Below are positions 40,294 through 48,566 of a DNA stretch of 64,000 bases, in pieces. Each line of letters opens with the position of its first letter. Positions within the stretch are counted from its first letter, which is position 1. Origin of the DNA: a candidate division WOR-3 bacterium (GTDB taxonomy: Bacteria > Hydrothermota > Tepidihabitantia > Tepidihabitantales > Tepidihabitantaceae); the NCBI GenBank assembly GCA_037441285.1, contig JBBISL010000003.1, positions 32,001 through 96,000 of the forward strand, written 5' to 3'. The notes beneath the pieces are model-generated. The model was not told the origin of the DNA, made no database searches, and worked only from the letters and a program-made list of their open reading frames with translations. The translations under genes were made by a program, and so were the position numbers.

Positions 40294-42535
40294 GCGGAAT
40301 TCTCATAGTGATGCCGCCCGTGGCGCGGGTGTTAATATAGCTAATGCCGCTTGTGGTAAGAAGTGATTCCAGTCTTGCCGGGGTTGGATAACGCCCCATT
40401 ACAACAACATATTCGGGCTGGAGGAGTTCAAACAGTTGCTTTTTATTTCCTTTACGACTGCCATGATGGGGCGATTTCAACAGGTTGACCGTGCCGCTTA
40501 GATTGACCGGATGAAGGACTTCCGGGAATTCACAGTCGCCGGTGAAGAGCATCTTGAAACCGTTTTGTTCAATCCTGGTTACGATTGAAATCGGATTGGC
40601 AGGTATGAGTTTTCTTGAGTAGAACCATTGAGTAACTGCATCGGGCCAGAGGATGTCAACTTTGTAACCAAAGCCGACAAGGGTTGCGCCTTTCCCGACA
40701 GCAACGATTTTTGTGCCCGACTGTTGCAACCGGCGCAGCAGGGTTTGATAGAGTTGGTCACCTTCTAATGTGGGTACAAGCAGGAGGTTTATCTTTTGGG
40801 TTGGTTCAAGGTCAAGAAGACCACCGTAATGGTCCCGGTCAGGATGGGTAATCAGGACGGCATCAAGACGTTTAATACCACGGGAGAGAAGAAAGTCGCG
40901 CAGTACATCGGTGTTGTCAATGCCGGCATCGATGAGCAGTTTTCTTCCCCGATGGTCTTCAAGGAGCGTGGCGTCACCGCGACCGGGGTCAAGGAAGGTT
41001 ACCTGTGGTTTGGGGTTGTTAAGGGCACTTTTCCATATAAGGAGAGTTAATCCCGCAATCAGGCTGAGGCGGAGCGCGGTTTTTGCCCAATTTTTTCGGT
41101 AGTTAAGGCTGAGCAGAATGAGCCCGTAAAGGTAAAACACACCGAACCAGGACAGTTTGCCGGGTTCAACCATTGCCCATTTCAAGTTCCTGAATAGATT
41201 GGTAATTGAGAGCATTAACTGGAGCAGAAAACGGAGGGTTTCGGCGAGAAGGGCGGCAATTGCTGGAGTGATAAGGTTGACAAAGGCGAGCAAAAAGCCG
41301 AGCGGGAGAGTGACAGTTGTCAGAGGGACAAGCAGGATGTTAGCAAGAAATGTTAAAGGCTGGAATCGAAAGAAATGGTGGAGTAAAAGCGGCGCGGTGG
41401 CAAGCGTTGCGACGACTGAAATAAGAGTTGGGCGGATAAACCAGTTTTTCAGGAGGTGCGGGACGGTGACTTTTTTGAGCAGACTTTCCAGTTGGGGAGG
41501 GATAGTGATAAGACCGGCAGTGGCAGCAAAGGAAAGTTGAGCCCCGGGGTTAAAAAGGGTAAACGGGTCTAAGAGGAGAAGAATGATGCCAGAAACCGCA
41601 AGGCTGGAAATAGGGCTAACGCGGCGCTGAGTCGGGCTACTCAAAAGGGCCGCCCAGGTCATAAAGCCGGCACGGACTGCAGATGCCCGCCAGCCCACGA
41701 CAAGGATGTAGAAAAAAGTTCCAACAGTCAGGAGCCCGAACCGCCACCAGCCCCGAATCCACAGTACATTGAGCAATAGCCACAGACTGAAAACGACGAT
41801 ACTGACATGGAGCCCGGAAACCGCCAGAAGGTGTATCGTTCCGGTGTCTGACATCGCCTTACGGACCGTTTCCGGCAAACCGGACTTTTCTCCTAAAAGG
41901 ATAGCCTGCAGGAGTGCACCTTCGGTGCCACCAATACGACGATTAAACAGATTGAACAGATATCTTCTTGCCGGCATAATCAGTTGCGTGATTAGTGGGC
42001 TGCCATGGTTGCGGCTGATGATTTTCATTGCGCCGAATTTTACCGTGGCGCTGCCCACATACCCTTGTCTAAAAAGAATTTTGTTGTAGTCAGCGAGACC
42101 CGGATTACGGGGAAATGAGAACGGTTTGATCTTTGTCCTGAGCAGAAGCAGGTCGCCATAGTGTACCCTACTTAATGAGTCTTTAAAGAAGAGCGATACT
42201 TTTCCGGAATAAGGGGGAAGGAGGACACCAGTTGACCGACCGGTAATTAATGGTTCCTCAGTGATAAGGACTTTAAATGTGGATGCGCTGTAGGTGCGGG
42301 AAATCGGAGTTTGAGGCGAGCGGCTTTGGGCAAATACAAATGCAGCAGCGGTTAGCGTGAGATATAGTGAGAATTTTTTAGTCCATCGTGTTAGTATGAT
42401 GCCGAGGAGTGCCGGGGCTAATGCTGACCACCAGGTGAGAAGCGATACCTGACTCAATGCGATACCGGTTGTAATGGCAACCAGTGCCCGGACTGCGGCA
42501 TAACGGATGCCGGTATCCGGAATAGTAAACTTCAT
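40253..42535 (-). CDS. comEC: Competence protein ComEC/Rec2
   Basis: RNPG, HLLAVSGLHV, GAQLSFAA, THPDRDHYGG, SPHHGS. Confidence 0.93.
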   Translation of the reverse strand: MKFTIPDTGIRYAAVRALVAITTGIALSQVSLLTWWSALAPALLGIILTRWTKKFSLYLTLTAAAFVFAQSRSPQTPISRTYSASTFKVLITEEPLITGRSTGVLLPPYSGKVSLFFKDSLSRVHYGDLLLLRTKIKPFSFPRNPGLADYNKILFRQGYVGSATVKFGAMKIISRNHGSPLITQLIMPARRYLFNLFNRRIGGTEGALLQAILLGEKSGLPETVRKAMSDTGTIHLLAVSGLHVSIVVFSLWLLLNVLWIRGWWRFGLLTVGTFFYILVVGWRASAVRAGFMTWAALLSSPTQRRVSPISSLAVSGIILLLLDPFTLFNPGAQLSFAATAGLITIPPQLESLLKKVTVPHLLKNWFIRPTLISVVATLATAPLLLHHFFRFQPLTFLANILLVPLTTVTLPLGFLLAFVNLITPAIAALLAETLRFLLQLMLSITNLFRNLKWAMVEPGKLSWFGVFYLYGLILLSLNYRKNWAKTALRLSLIAGLTLLIWKSALNNPKPQVTFLDPGRGDATLLEDHRGRKLLIDAGIDNTDVLRDFLLSRGIKRLDAVLITHPDRDHYGGLLDLEPTQKINLLLVPTLEGDQLYQTLLRRLQQSGTKIVAVGKGATLVGFGYKVDILWPDAVTQWFYSRKLIPANPISIVTRIEQNGFKMLFTGDCEFPEVLHPVNLSGTVNLLKSPHHGSRKGNKKQLFELLQPEYVVVMGRYPTPARLESLLTTSGISYINTRATGGITMRIPPTISPTSAPTSNR

Positions 42536-42626
42536 GGCAAAGCGTAAAAGATAGCAAACAAGGTGTCAAATTGGAATTTTTACCGCGGGGAGGAAAGCCG
42601 GAATAGTCAGAGTGTTAGAGTAAACT

Positions 42627-42655
42627 TTGACATTAAAGTTATCAATTAGTAAAAT
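42627..42655 (+). promoter_or_regulatory. Sigma70 promoter of the oxidoreductase operon
   Basis: TTGACA-17 nt-TAAAAT. Confidence 0.75.
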
Positions 42656-42723
42656 ATCTATCTACATTATAATTATGTGAAAAGGCAATGGTTTTTCTCT
42701 GGCAATAGAAAAATGGAGGAACA

Positions 42724-43308
42724 ATGAGTCAAGTTCTTGAGATTCGCTGGCATGGTCGAGGCGGCCAAGGAGCCAAGACCGCGGCGTTACTCTTTGGCGA
42801 AGCGGCACTTGATACCGGTAAGTTCATTCAGGCATTTCCGGAGTATGGTCCGGAACGGATGGGCGCGCCGGTAACCGCTTTTAACCGGCTGGCCGACGAG
42901 CCAATTTATTCTCATTCCGGGATAAAAACACCGGATATTGTCGTGGTGCTGGATTCATCGTTAATCGAACCGGCACGGGTTGTTGAAGGGTTGAAAGAAA
43001 ACGGAATCCTCTTGGTTAATACCACGGAGAGCCCGGAGGAGTTGCGAAAACGGTTGAATCTGCCCGCGACAGTTAAGGTTTATACTGTGGATGCGTCCCA
43101 AATTGCGCTGGAGACGATTGGTCGGGATGTGCCCAATACGCCAATGCTCGGGGCGCTGGTGCGGGTTACCGGTGTGCTGCGACTGGAACCGATGCTTGAA
43201 GCGATAAAAGAGAAACTGGCGCTAAAGTTTCGGGGAAGAGCAAAACTGGTCGAGGACAATTTGAAAAGTATCCGGCGCGCTTTTGATGAAGTTAAGGGCG
43301 TTGATTAA
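42724..43308 (+). CDS. Pyruvate/2-oxoacid:ferredoxin oxidoreductase gamma subunit
   Basis: EIRWHGRGGQGAKTAA, FPEYGPERMGAPV, PNTPMLGA. Confidence 0.94.
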   Translation: MSQVLEIRWHGRGGQGAKTAALLFGEAALDTGKFIQAFPEYGPERMGAPVTAFNRLADEPIYSHSGIKTPDIVVVLDSSLIEPARVVEGLKENGILLVNTTESPEELRKRLNLPATVKVYTVDASQIALETIGRDVPNTPMLGALVRVTGVLRLEPMLEAIKEKLALKFRGRAKLVEDNLKSIRRAFDEVKGVD

Positions 43309-43318
43309 AGGAGGAGAG

Positions 43319-43603
43319 GTGGCAAAACTTAAGGGATGGCGTGAATTGCCCTGTGGTGCAATAATCACCGATATGGCAGCGGTGAAGGAGAACAAAACTG
43401 GTGCCTGGCGCAGTGTGCGCCCGGTATGGGATAAGGAGAAGTGTAGACAGTGTCTGATGTGCTGGATATACTGCCCGGACAGTTCAATTCTCATTAAAGA
43501 CGCTAAGGTAGTCGGGGTTGATTACGAGTTTTGCAAGGGATGCGGAAACTGTGCCAGTATTTGTCCGGCAAAGGCGATTACAATGGAAAAGGAGCGAAAA
43601 TGA
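43319..43603 (+). CDS. porD: Pyruvate/2-oxoacid:ferredoxin oxidoreductase delta subunit
   Basis: KTGAWRSVRP, CRQCLMCWIYCPD, CKGCGNCASICP. Confidence 0.93.
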   Translation: MAKLKGWRELPCGAIITDMAAVKENKTGAWRSVRPVWDKEKCRQCLMCWIYCPDSSILIKDAKVVGVDYEFCKGCGNCASICPAKAITMEKERK

Positions 43604-44754
43604 TTCTGGCGAAGACCGGTAACGAGGCATTAGCCTATGCAATGAAGCAGATTAACCCTGATGTGGTGGCGGCTTATCCGATTACCCCATCAACCGAAAT
43701 TGTCCAGTTATTTTCGAATTATGTCAGTGATGGTGAGGTTGATACTGAGTTTGTTGCGGTCGAGAGCGAACATTCGGCAATGACCGCCTGTATTGGCGCG
43801 GCGGCTTGTGGTTGCCGGGTGATGACCGCAACCGCTTCCCAGGGTTTGGCTTTGATGCACGAGATGCTTTTCATCGCCGCGGGTTTGCGGTTGCCGATTG
43901 TGATGGCGGTTGCTTCTCGTTCGCTGTCTTCTCCTCTAAACATTCATGGTGACCACTCGGACTCTCTGGCGTCGCGGGATTCGGGCTGGATGCAGTTTTT
44001 CTGTGAAACGGTGCAAGAGGGTTATGACACGCTAATTCAGGCGGTGAAGATTGCGGAAAAGGCGAATCTGCCGGCGCTCGTAGCGATTGATGGATTCATT
44101 CTTTCCCACTGTCAGGAGCGGATAGAGACCTTAGACGACCAGGCGGTGCGGGATTTTCTCGGTGTGCGACAGCCTCAGTACAATCTGCTTGACTGGCGTA
44201 AGCCGATTCTGGTTGGTCCGGCAACATTGCAGGATTACTACTTTGAGTTCAAGCGGGGCGAAATTGAGGGGATGAATCAGACGCTGCCAATAATTCAGGC
44301 GGTGCAGGAGGAGTTTGGCAAACGGTTTGGTCGAAATTATCCGGTGCTCGAGGAGTATAAGTGCGATGACGCCGAGGCGGTTTTACTTTTGATGGGTTCA
44401 GCCTGCGGCACCTGCCGGGTTGCGGTGGACCGCTTGCGGGCTCAGGGAAAGAAGGTGGGGATGGTAAAACTGCGGGTGTATCGGCCGCTCGTCTGGCAGC
44501 TTTTGAAGCAGAGTCTGAGCAGATTCAAGAAGATTGGCGTACTTGACCGGGCGGATGCGGTGAACTCCTATGGTGGACCGCTATTTACCGAAGTAACTTC
44601 GGTTCTCTACAACGCACCCGAGAAACCCGAGGTTTTTTCCTATGTTTATGGATTGGGCGGTAAGGAGTTTACTCCGGAAGATGCTGTTAAGGTTTATGAG
44701 GAGGTCCTTTCCGGCAAAAAAGATGAATTAGTAACCTATGTGGGAGTGAGGTGA
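43600..44754 (+). CDS. porA: Pyruvate/2-oxoacid:ferredoxin oxidoreductase alpha subunit
   Basis: AAYPITPS, VESEHSAM, TASQGLALMHE, IHGDHSD. Confidence 0.94.
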   Translation: MILAKTGNEALAYAMKQINPDVVAAYPITPSTEIVQLFSNYVSDGEVDTEFVAVESEHSAMTACIGAAACGCRVMTATASQGLALMHEMLFIAAGLRLPIVMAVASRSLSSPLNIHGDHSDSLASRDSGWMQFFCETVQEGYDTLIQAVKIAEKANLPALVAIDGFILSHCQERIETLDDQAVRDFLGVRQPQYNLLDWRKPILVGPATLQDYYFEFKRGEIEGMNQTLPIIQAVQEEFGKRFGRNYPVLEEYKCDDAEAVLLLMGSACGTCRVAVDRLRAQGKKVGMVKLRVYRPLVWQLLKQSLSRFKKIGVLDRADAVNSYGGPLFTEVTSVLYNAPEKPEVFSYVYGLGGKEFTPEDAVKVYEEVLSGKKDELVTYVGVR

Positions 44755-44757
44755 AAA

Positions 44758-45705
44758 ATGTTGAAACTTACTGACTTGGCAAAAAATCAGGAACTGTTTT
44801 CCCATGGTCATCGTGCCTGTGCTGGTTGTGGTGAGGCGTTGGCGGTGCGACAGATTTTACTCGCAGCCCAGACTGCGGGTATGCCGGTGGTGACAGCGAT
44901 GGCTACCGGCTGTCTGGAGATTTTTTCCTCAATTTATCCGCACAGTGCCTGGCAGGTACCGATGATTCACACCGCCTTCGAAACAGCAGCATCAACCGCA
45001 GCCGGAGTTGAGGCGGCATATCGGTTCTTGCGCAAAACAGGCCGGATAAAGGAGGAGATGGCAATTATCGCCTTTGCGGGCGACGGCGGTACTTATGACA
45101 TCGGCTTACAAGCACTTTCGGGCGCGCTGGAAAGAAGGCACCGCTTTCTATATGTGTGTACCAATAACGAGGCATATATGAACACCGGCATCCAGCGTTC
45201 TTCGGCAACCCCTTATGGTGCTGATACAACAACATCCCCCGCCGGTAAAGTCCTTCCAGGCAAGGTTCAGCATCGAAAAAACATTATGGAGATTGTCATC
45301 GGTCATGAGGTGCCTTATGCGGCACAGACCACGGTCTTCTTCTGGCGCGACCTGGCACAAAAGGTTCAGAAGGCGCTTTTGACTCCGGGTCCAACATTCT
45401 TAAATGTTCTGGTGCCCTGTCCGTTAGGTTGGCGCCATCAACCGGCCGAGACGGTAAAGCTATCAAAACTCGCTGCCGATACCTGCTACTGGCCAATATA
45501 CGAGTTTGAAAATGGTTCTTACAAAATCAACTACGAACCGGCGAAGAAATTGCCAGTTGAAGAGTTTTTGAAGCCCCAGGGCAGGTTTCGGCATCTATTT
45601 GAAAATCCCGAGGGCGCCAAGGTGATTGCTGAAATTCAGCGCTACATTGATGAGCAGTGGATAACGCTTCATAAAAAACAGGAGTGTTTTAAACCTCAGT
45701 CTTAA
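44758..45705 (+). CDS. porB: Pyruvate/2-oxoacid:ferredoxin oxidoreductase beta subunit
   Basis: GHRACAGCG, TPP motif GDGGTYDIG...NNEAYMNTG, PCPLGW. Confidence 0.94.
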   Translation: MLKLTDLAKNQELFSHGHRACAGCGEALAVRQILLAAQTAGMPVVTAMATGCLEIFSSIYPHSAWQVPMIHTAFETAASTAAGVEAAYRFLRKTGRIKEEMAIIAFAGDGGTYDIGLQALSGALERRHRFLYVCTNNEAYMNTGIQRSSATPYGADTTTSPAGKVLPGKVQHRKNIMEIVIGHEVPYAAQTTVFFWRDLAQKVQKALLTPGPTFLNVLVPCPLGWRHQPAETVKLSKLAADTCYWPIYEFENGSYKINYEPAKKLPVEEFLKPQGRFRHLFENPEGAKVIAEIQRYIDEQWITLHKKQECFKPQS

Positions 45706-45762
45706 TAAAAGCTTTTTCCCTGCTGGCAGTTGACAGGCGAAAAGTAGTGGTTATCCTTGCCT

Positions 45763-46890
45763 ATGGTCTGTATTTACGAGGGCGATTCCTGGCGTAATTT
45801 TGGCCCGATAGTTGACCTGAGGGCAATTTTTGAGCTGAGGTGTGGTTGTTTTCCTCTACTGGAAAAGATACAAATGGTTTACCCGAAGGAGAAGTTTGTT
45901 CTGTGGGTGCGCGATGAAATTGCCGAACTGGTTGCGGAGAAGTACCCTGCTTTTCAAGTGAATGCCGCGGTGAATCAGCCGGCACTTTTTCTGTACGCTG
46001 GAGCAATTCTTTATGAGCCGATTCCGCTTCAGGGTCGCGATGAGAAGTTTACATCAATGGGAAGAACTATCGGGTTTCGATTGAATCGGCATCCAGGTCG
46101 TAAAGCATTGCCCGATTTAGCGGGGCTTACGGCAAAAGAGGTTGCGGCTGAGGCGGTTTTTTATCCCTGGGATATTATTCGGCTCAACTATCAAGAACTT
46201 AAACGAGAACTGCCTTTACTGGTAAAAAGGCGTTTGGTGTTTGTTAAAAGGGGCGGTAAGGTCTATCCCGGAGCACAGATTGTTACGGAAAAGGGCCTGG
46301 TGTTTGTCGATAAAGGGTCGATAGTGCGTCCCGGTAGTGTTGTTGAAGGACCCTGCTATATCGGACCGGGTACAGTAATTGATGGCGCGTTGGTCCGACC
46401 GGGCTGCAGTTTTGGACCACAGTGTCGTATTGGCGGCGAAGTGGAAGAGTGTGTGTTTCAAGGCTATGCCAATAAACACCATGAAGGTTTTTTGGGGCAC
46501 AGTTTTGTAGGTGAATGGGTTAATTTAGGGGCGCTAACAACAAATTCGGACTTGAAGAACAATTATCGTCCGGTGCGAATTAAAATTGGCGCAAGGCGGT
46601 TTGATACCGGTATGGTGAAATTGGGCTGCTTTATTGGTGACCATGCAAAGACCGCTATCGGCACTTTTTTACCAACGGGCGCAGTGCTCGGTACATTTGC
46701 CAACTGGTTCGAGTCCGGTATGACACCCAAACTGGTGCCCGCATTTGCCTGGGGAAAGAAGGGGCGCTGGCGTCGAACTGAAATGGTTGAGTGTGCTCGG
46801 CGAGTGATGGAACGGCGGGGTGTCCAGATGAGTCCGATTTATGAAAAACTGCTTTTGAAGGTTTGCGAGCGTAGACAACCGAAGCGGTAA
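45763..46890 (+). CDS. Putative sugar nucleotidyltransferase-like protein with hexapeptide repeats (GlmU-related)
   Basis: IFELRCG; GPQCRIGGEVE; NKHHEGFLGHSFVGEWVNLGA; NSDLKNNY. Confidence 0.82.
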   Translation: MVCIYEGDSWRNFGPIVDLRAIFELRCGCFPLLEKIQMVYPKEKFVLWVRDEIAELVAEKYPAFQVNAAVNQPALFLYAGAILYEPIPLQGRDEKFTSMGRTIGFRLNRHPGRKALPDLAGLTAKEVAAEAVFYPWDIIRLNYQELKRELPLLVKRRLVFVKRGGKVYPGAQIVTEKGLVFVDKGSIVRPGSVVEGPCYIGPGTVIDGALVRPGCSFGPQCRIGGEVEECVFQGYANKHHEGFLGHSFVGEWVNLGALTTNSDLKNNYRPVRIKIGARRFDTGMVKLGCFIGDHAKTAIGTFLPTGAVLGTFANWFESGMTPKLVPAFAWGKKGRWRRTEMVECARRVMERRGVQMSPIYEKLLLKVCERRQPKR

Positions 46891-46899
46891 ATTCCGCTT

Positions 46900-47907
46900 A
46901 TGGAATTTGCAATTGGGGTAGATATTGGCGGGACGAACATCAAAGTCGGGCTGGCGGACGAGAATGGCAAAATTTTACGGCGGTGTCGGCTCAACACCAA
47001 TCCCGAAGAACCCGCTCAGACAGTTTTAGTCCGGTTAGCTCAGCGTGTTGTTAAATTAAGTCAAAACTATTCGGTACAAACGCTCGGGGTTGGTGTCGCC
47101 GGACTGGTTGACTCTCAGTCCGGAATGGTGAATTTTTCGCCCAATCTGCCGCTGTGGACACAAACGCCAGTTAAGGACATCCTTGAAAAGTTGACGAAAG
47201 TCAATGTATTCTGTGCCAATGATGCTGATGCGGTAGCGATTGGGGAGTGGCTGTATGGTGCAGGGCAAGGCTGTCGCAATGTTCTGGTTTTGACTCTTGG
47301 TACCGGGGTGGGTAGCGGGATTATTGCTAACAATCAGCCGGTTTTGGGTGCAAATTTTTTTGCCGGTGAACTGGGCCATACAGTAATTTCTCGGCACGGG
47401 CCAGCCTGTTTTTGTGGTAATAATGGTTGCGTGGAGAGTTATGTCAGTGCTCGGGCGCTGGTGCGAAATTGCCGGCGGCTTTTGCGTCGTCAGGGGGCGC
47501 ATTTTTCTAACTCGCGCAATCAGATGGTGTTATTTCCTCAAGATGCAAAAGACCGGAGCAGAATCTGGGAGCTGGTCGGGTACGATTTAAAAAAGTTGAC
47601 GCCCCGGGAAATTGGAAAAGCGGCAAAGATGGGCGACAGGATTGCCCGACAGGTGATTAGTGAAATGGGATATTTCCTGGGGCTTGGCATATACAACGCC
47701 ATAATGCTTCTTGACCCGGAGATAGTTGTGATTGGTGGTGGCATGAGCCGGCTGGGAGCACCTTTGCTTCAGGCGGTTAAAACTACTATTTTTAGTCGAC
47801 CTTACCTCAGACAGCGAAATGTTAAGATAGTTCTGTCTCGATTGCGGGAAGACGCCGGGATTTTAGGGGCGAGTCAACTTAACAGGTTTGTCCCGAAGGG
47901 CAATTAG
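46900..47907 (+). CDS. ROK family sugar kinase
   Basis: GVDIGGTNIK, NDADA, TLGTGVGSG, GELGH, CFCGNNGCVE. Confidence 0.92.
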   Translation: MEFAIGVDIGGTNIKVGLADENGKILRRCRLNTNPEEPAQTVLVRLAQRVVKLSQNYSVQTLGVGVAGLVDSQSGMVNFSPNLPLWTQTPVKDILEKLTKVNVFCANDADAVAIGEWLYGAGQGCRNVLVLTLGTGVGSGIIANNQPVLGANFFAGELGHTVISRHGPACFCGNNGCVESYVSARALVRNCRRLLRRQGAHFSNSRNQMVLFPQDAKDRSRIWELVGYDLKKLTPREIGKAAKMGDRIARQVISEMGYFLGLGIYNAIMLLDPEIVVIGGGMSRLGAPLLQAVKTTIFSRPYLRQRNVKIVLSRLREDAGILGASQLNRFVPKGN

Positions 47908-48566
47908 ATTTTCTGCCAGAGAAATTCCCAGAGCGTAACTGGTGCTACCCTTTTCTCCATTATAAAACTGCCTTCAATGATAAAGGGGCGGAATTCCTGA
48001 GCGTAGTAAAGCCGGCGCTGGGATGTGTCGTTGCGATACCAGCGTAACCCCTGGGCAAGAATTCTTTTGAGGGTGGCATCGTGATTGCCTTCCATAGTTC
48101 GGAATCCCATTTTAATCAGCGTTACGAGCATCGCGACATGGCGGGGATAGGCAACAACCGAGTATCCCCGGTTTTTCTTGCAAAGGGCAAGGACCAGTTC
48201 GACCATAAATGGGGCATAGTTAAGGCCACGGTATTTTGGTCTCATATAAGCTCGGGTGAGTTCCCAGCGGTCAAGGTCTCGGCCTTCCGCATCAAGCCAG
48301 CGTGGGTCGATACGGTCGTAGCCCATCCACTCATTACCCGATTTTTGGGAGCCGATGTAGATTTCAAGGAGGTTCTCCTGCGAGACCGGGTCGTGATACC
48401 GTCGGGTACAGAACCAGTGGTCGTCAACCACTATTTCCGGCTGGGGGGTATGAGTTTTGGCTTCGGATAACGATTGAATGAAACCTGTTACCTCGGAATC
48501 GGTCTGACAGGGGATGGTGGCAACAATCGCCTTTATCCACTTGCGGTAAGCTTTAGGGTCGCTCAT
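47904..48566 (-). CDS. Hypothetical protein, possible GNAT fold
   Basis: ELTRAYMRPKYRGLNYA resembles GNAT motif A. Confidence 0.5.
   Translation of the reverse strand: MSDPKAYRKWIKAIVATIPCQTDSEVTGFIQSLSEAKTHTPQPEIVVDDHWFCTRRYHDPVSQENLLEIYIGSQKSGNEWMGYDRIDPRWLDAEGRDLDRWELTRAYMRPKYRGLNYAPFMVELVLALCKKNRGYSVVAYPRHVAMLVTLIKMGFRTMEGNHDATLKRILAQGLRWYRNDTSQRRLYYAQEFRPFIIEGSFIMEKRVAPVTLWEFLWQKI

Noticed and set aside
47900..47910. Replication origin or terminus at the switch from + to - strand genes
   Set aside because: The + strand looks G/T-rich on both sides by eye; no dnaA, DnaA-box cluster or clear dif site
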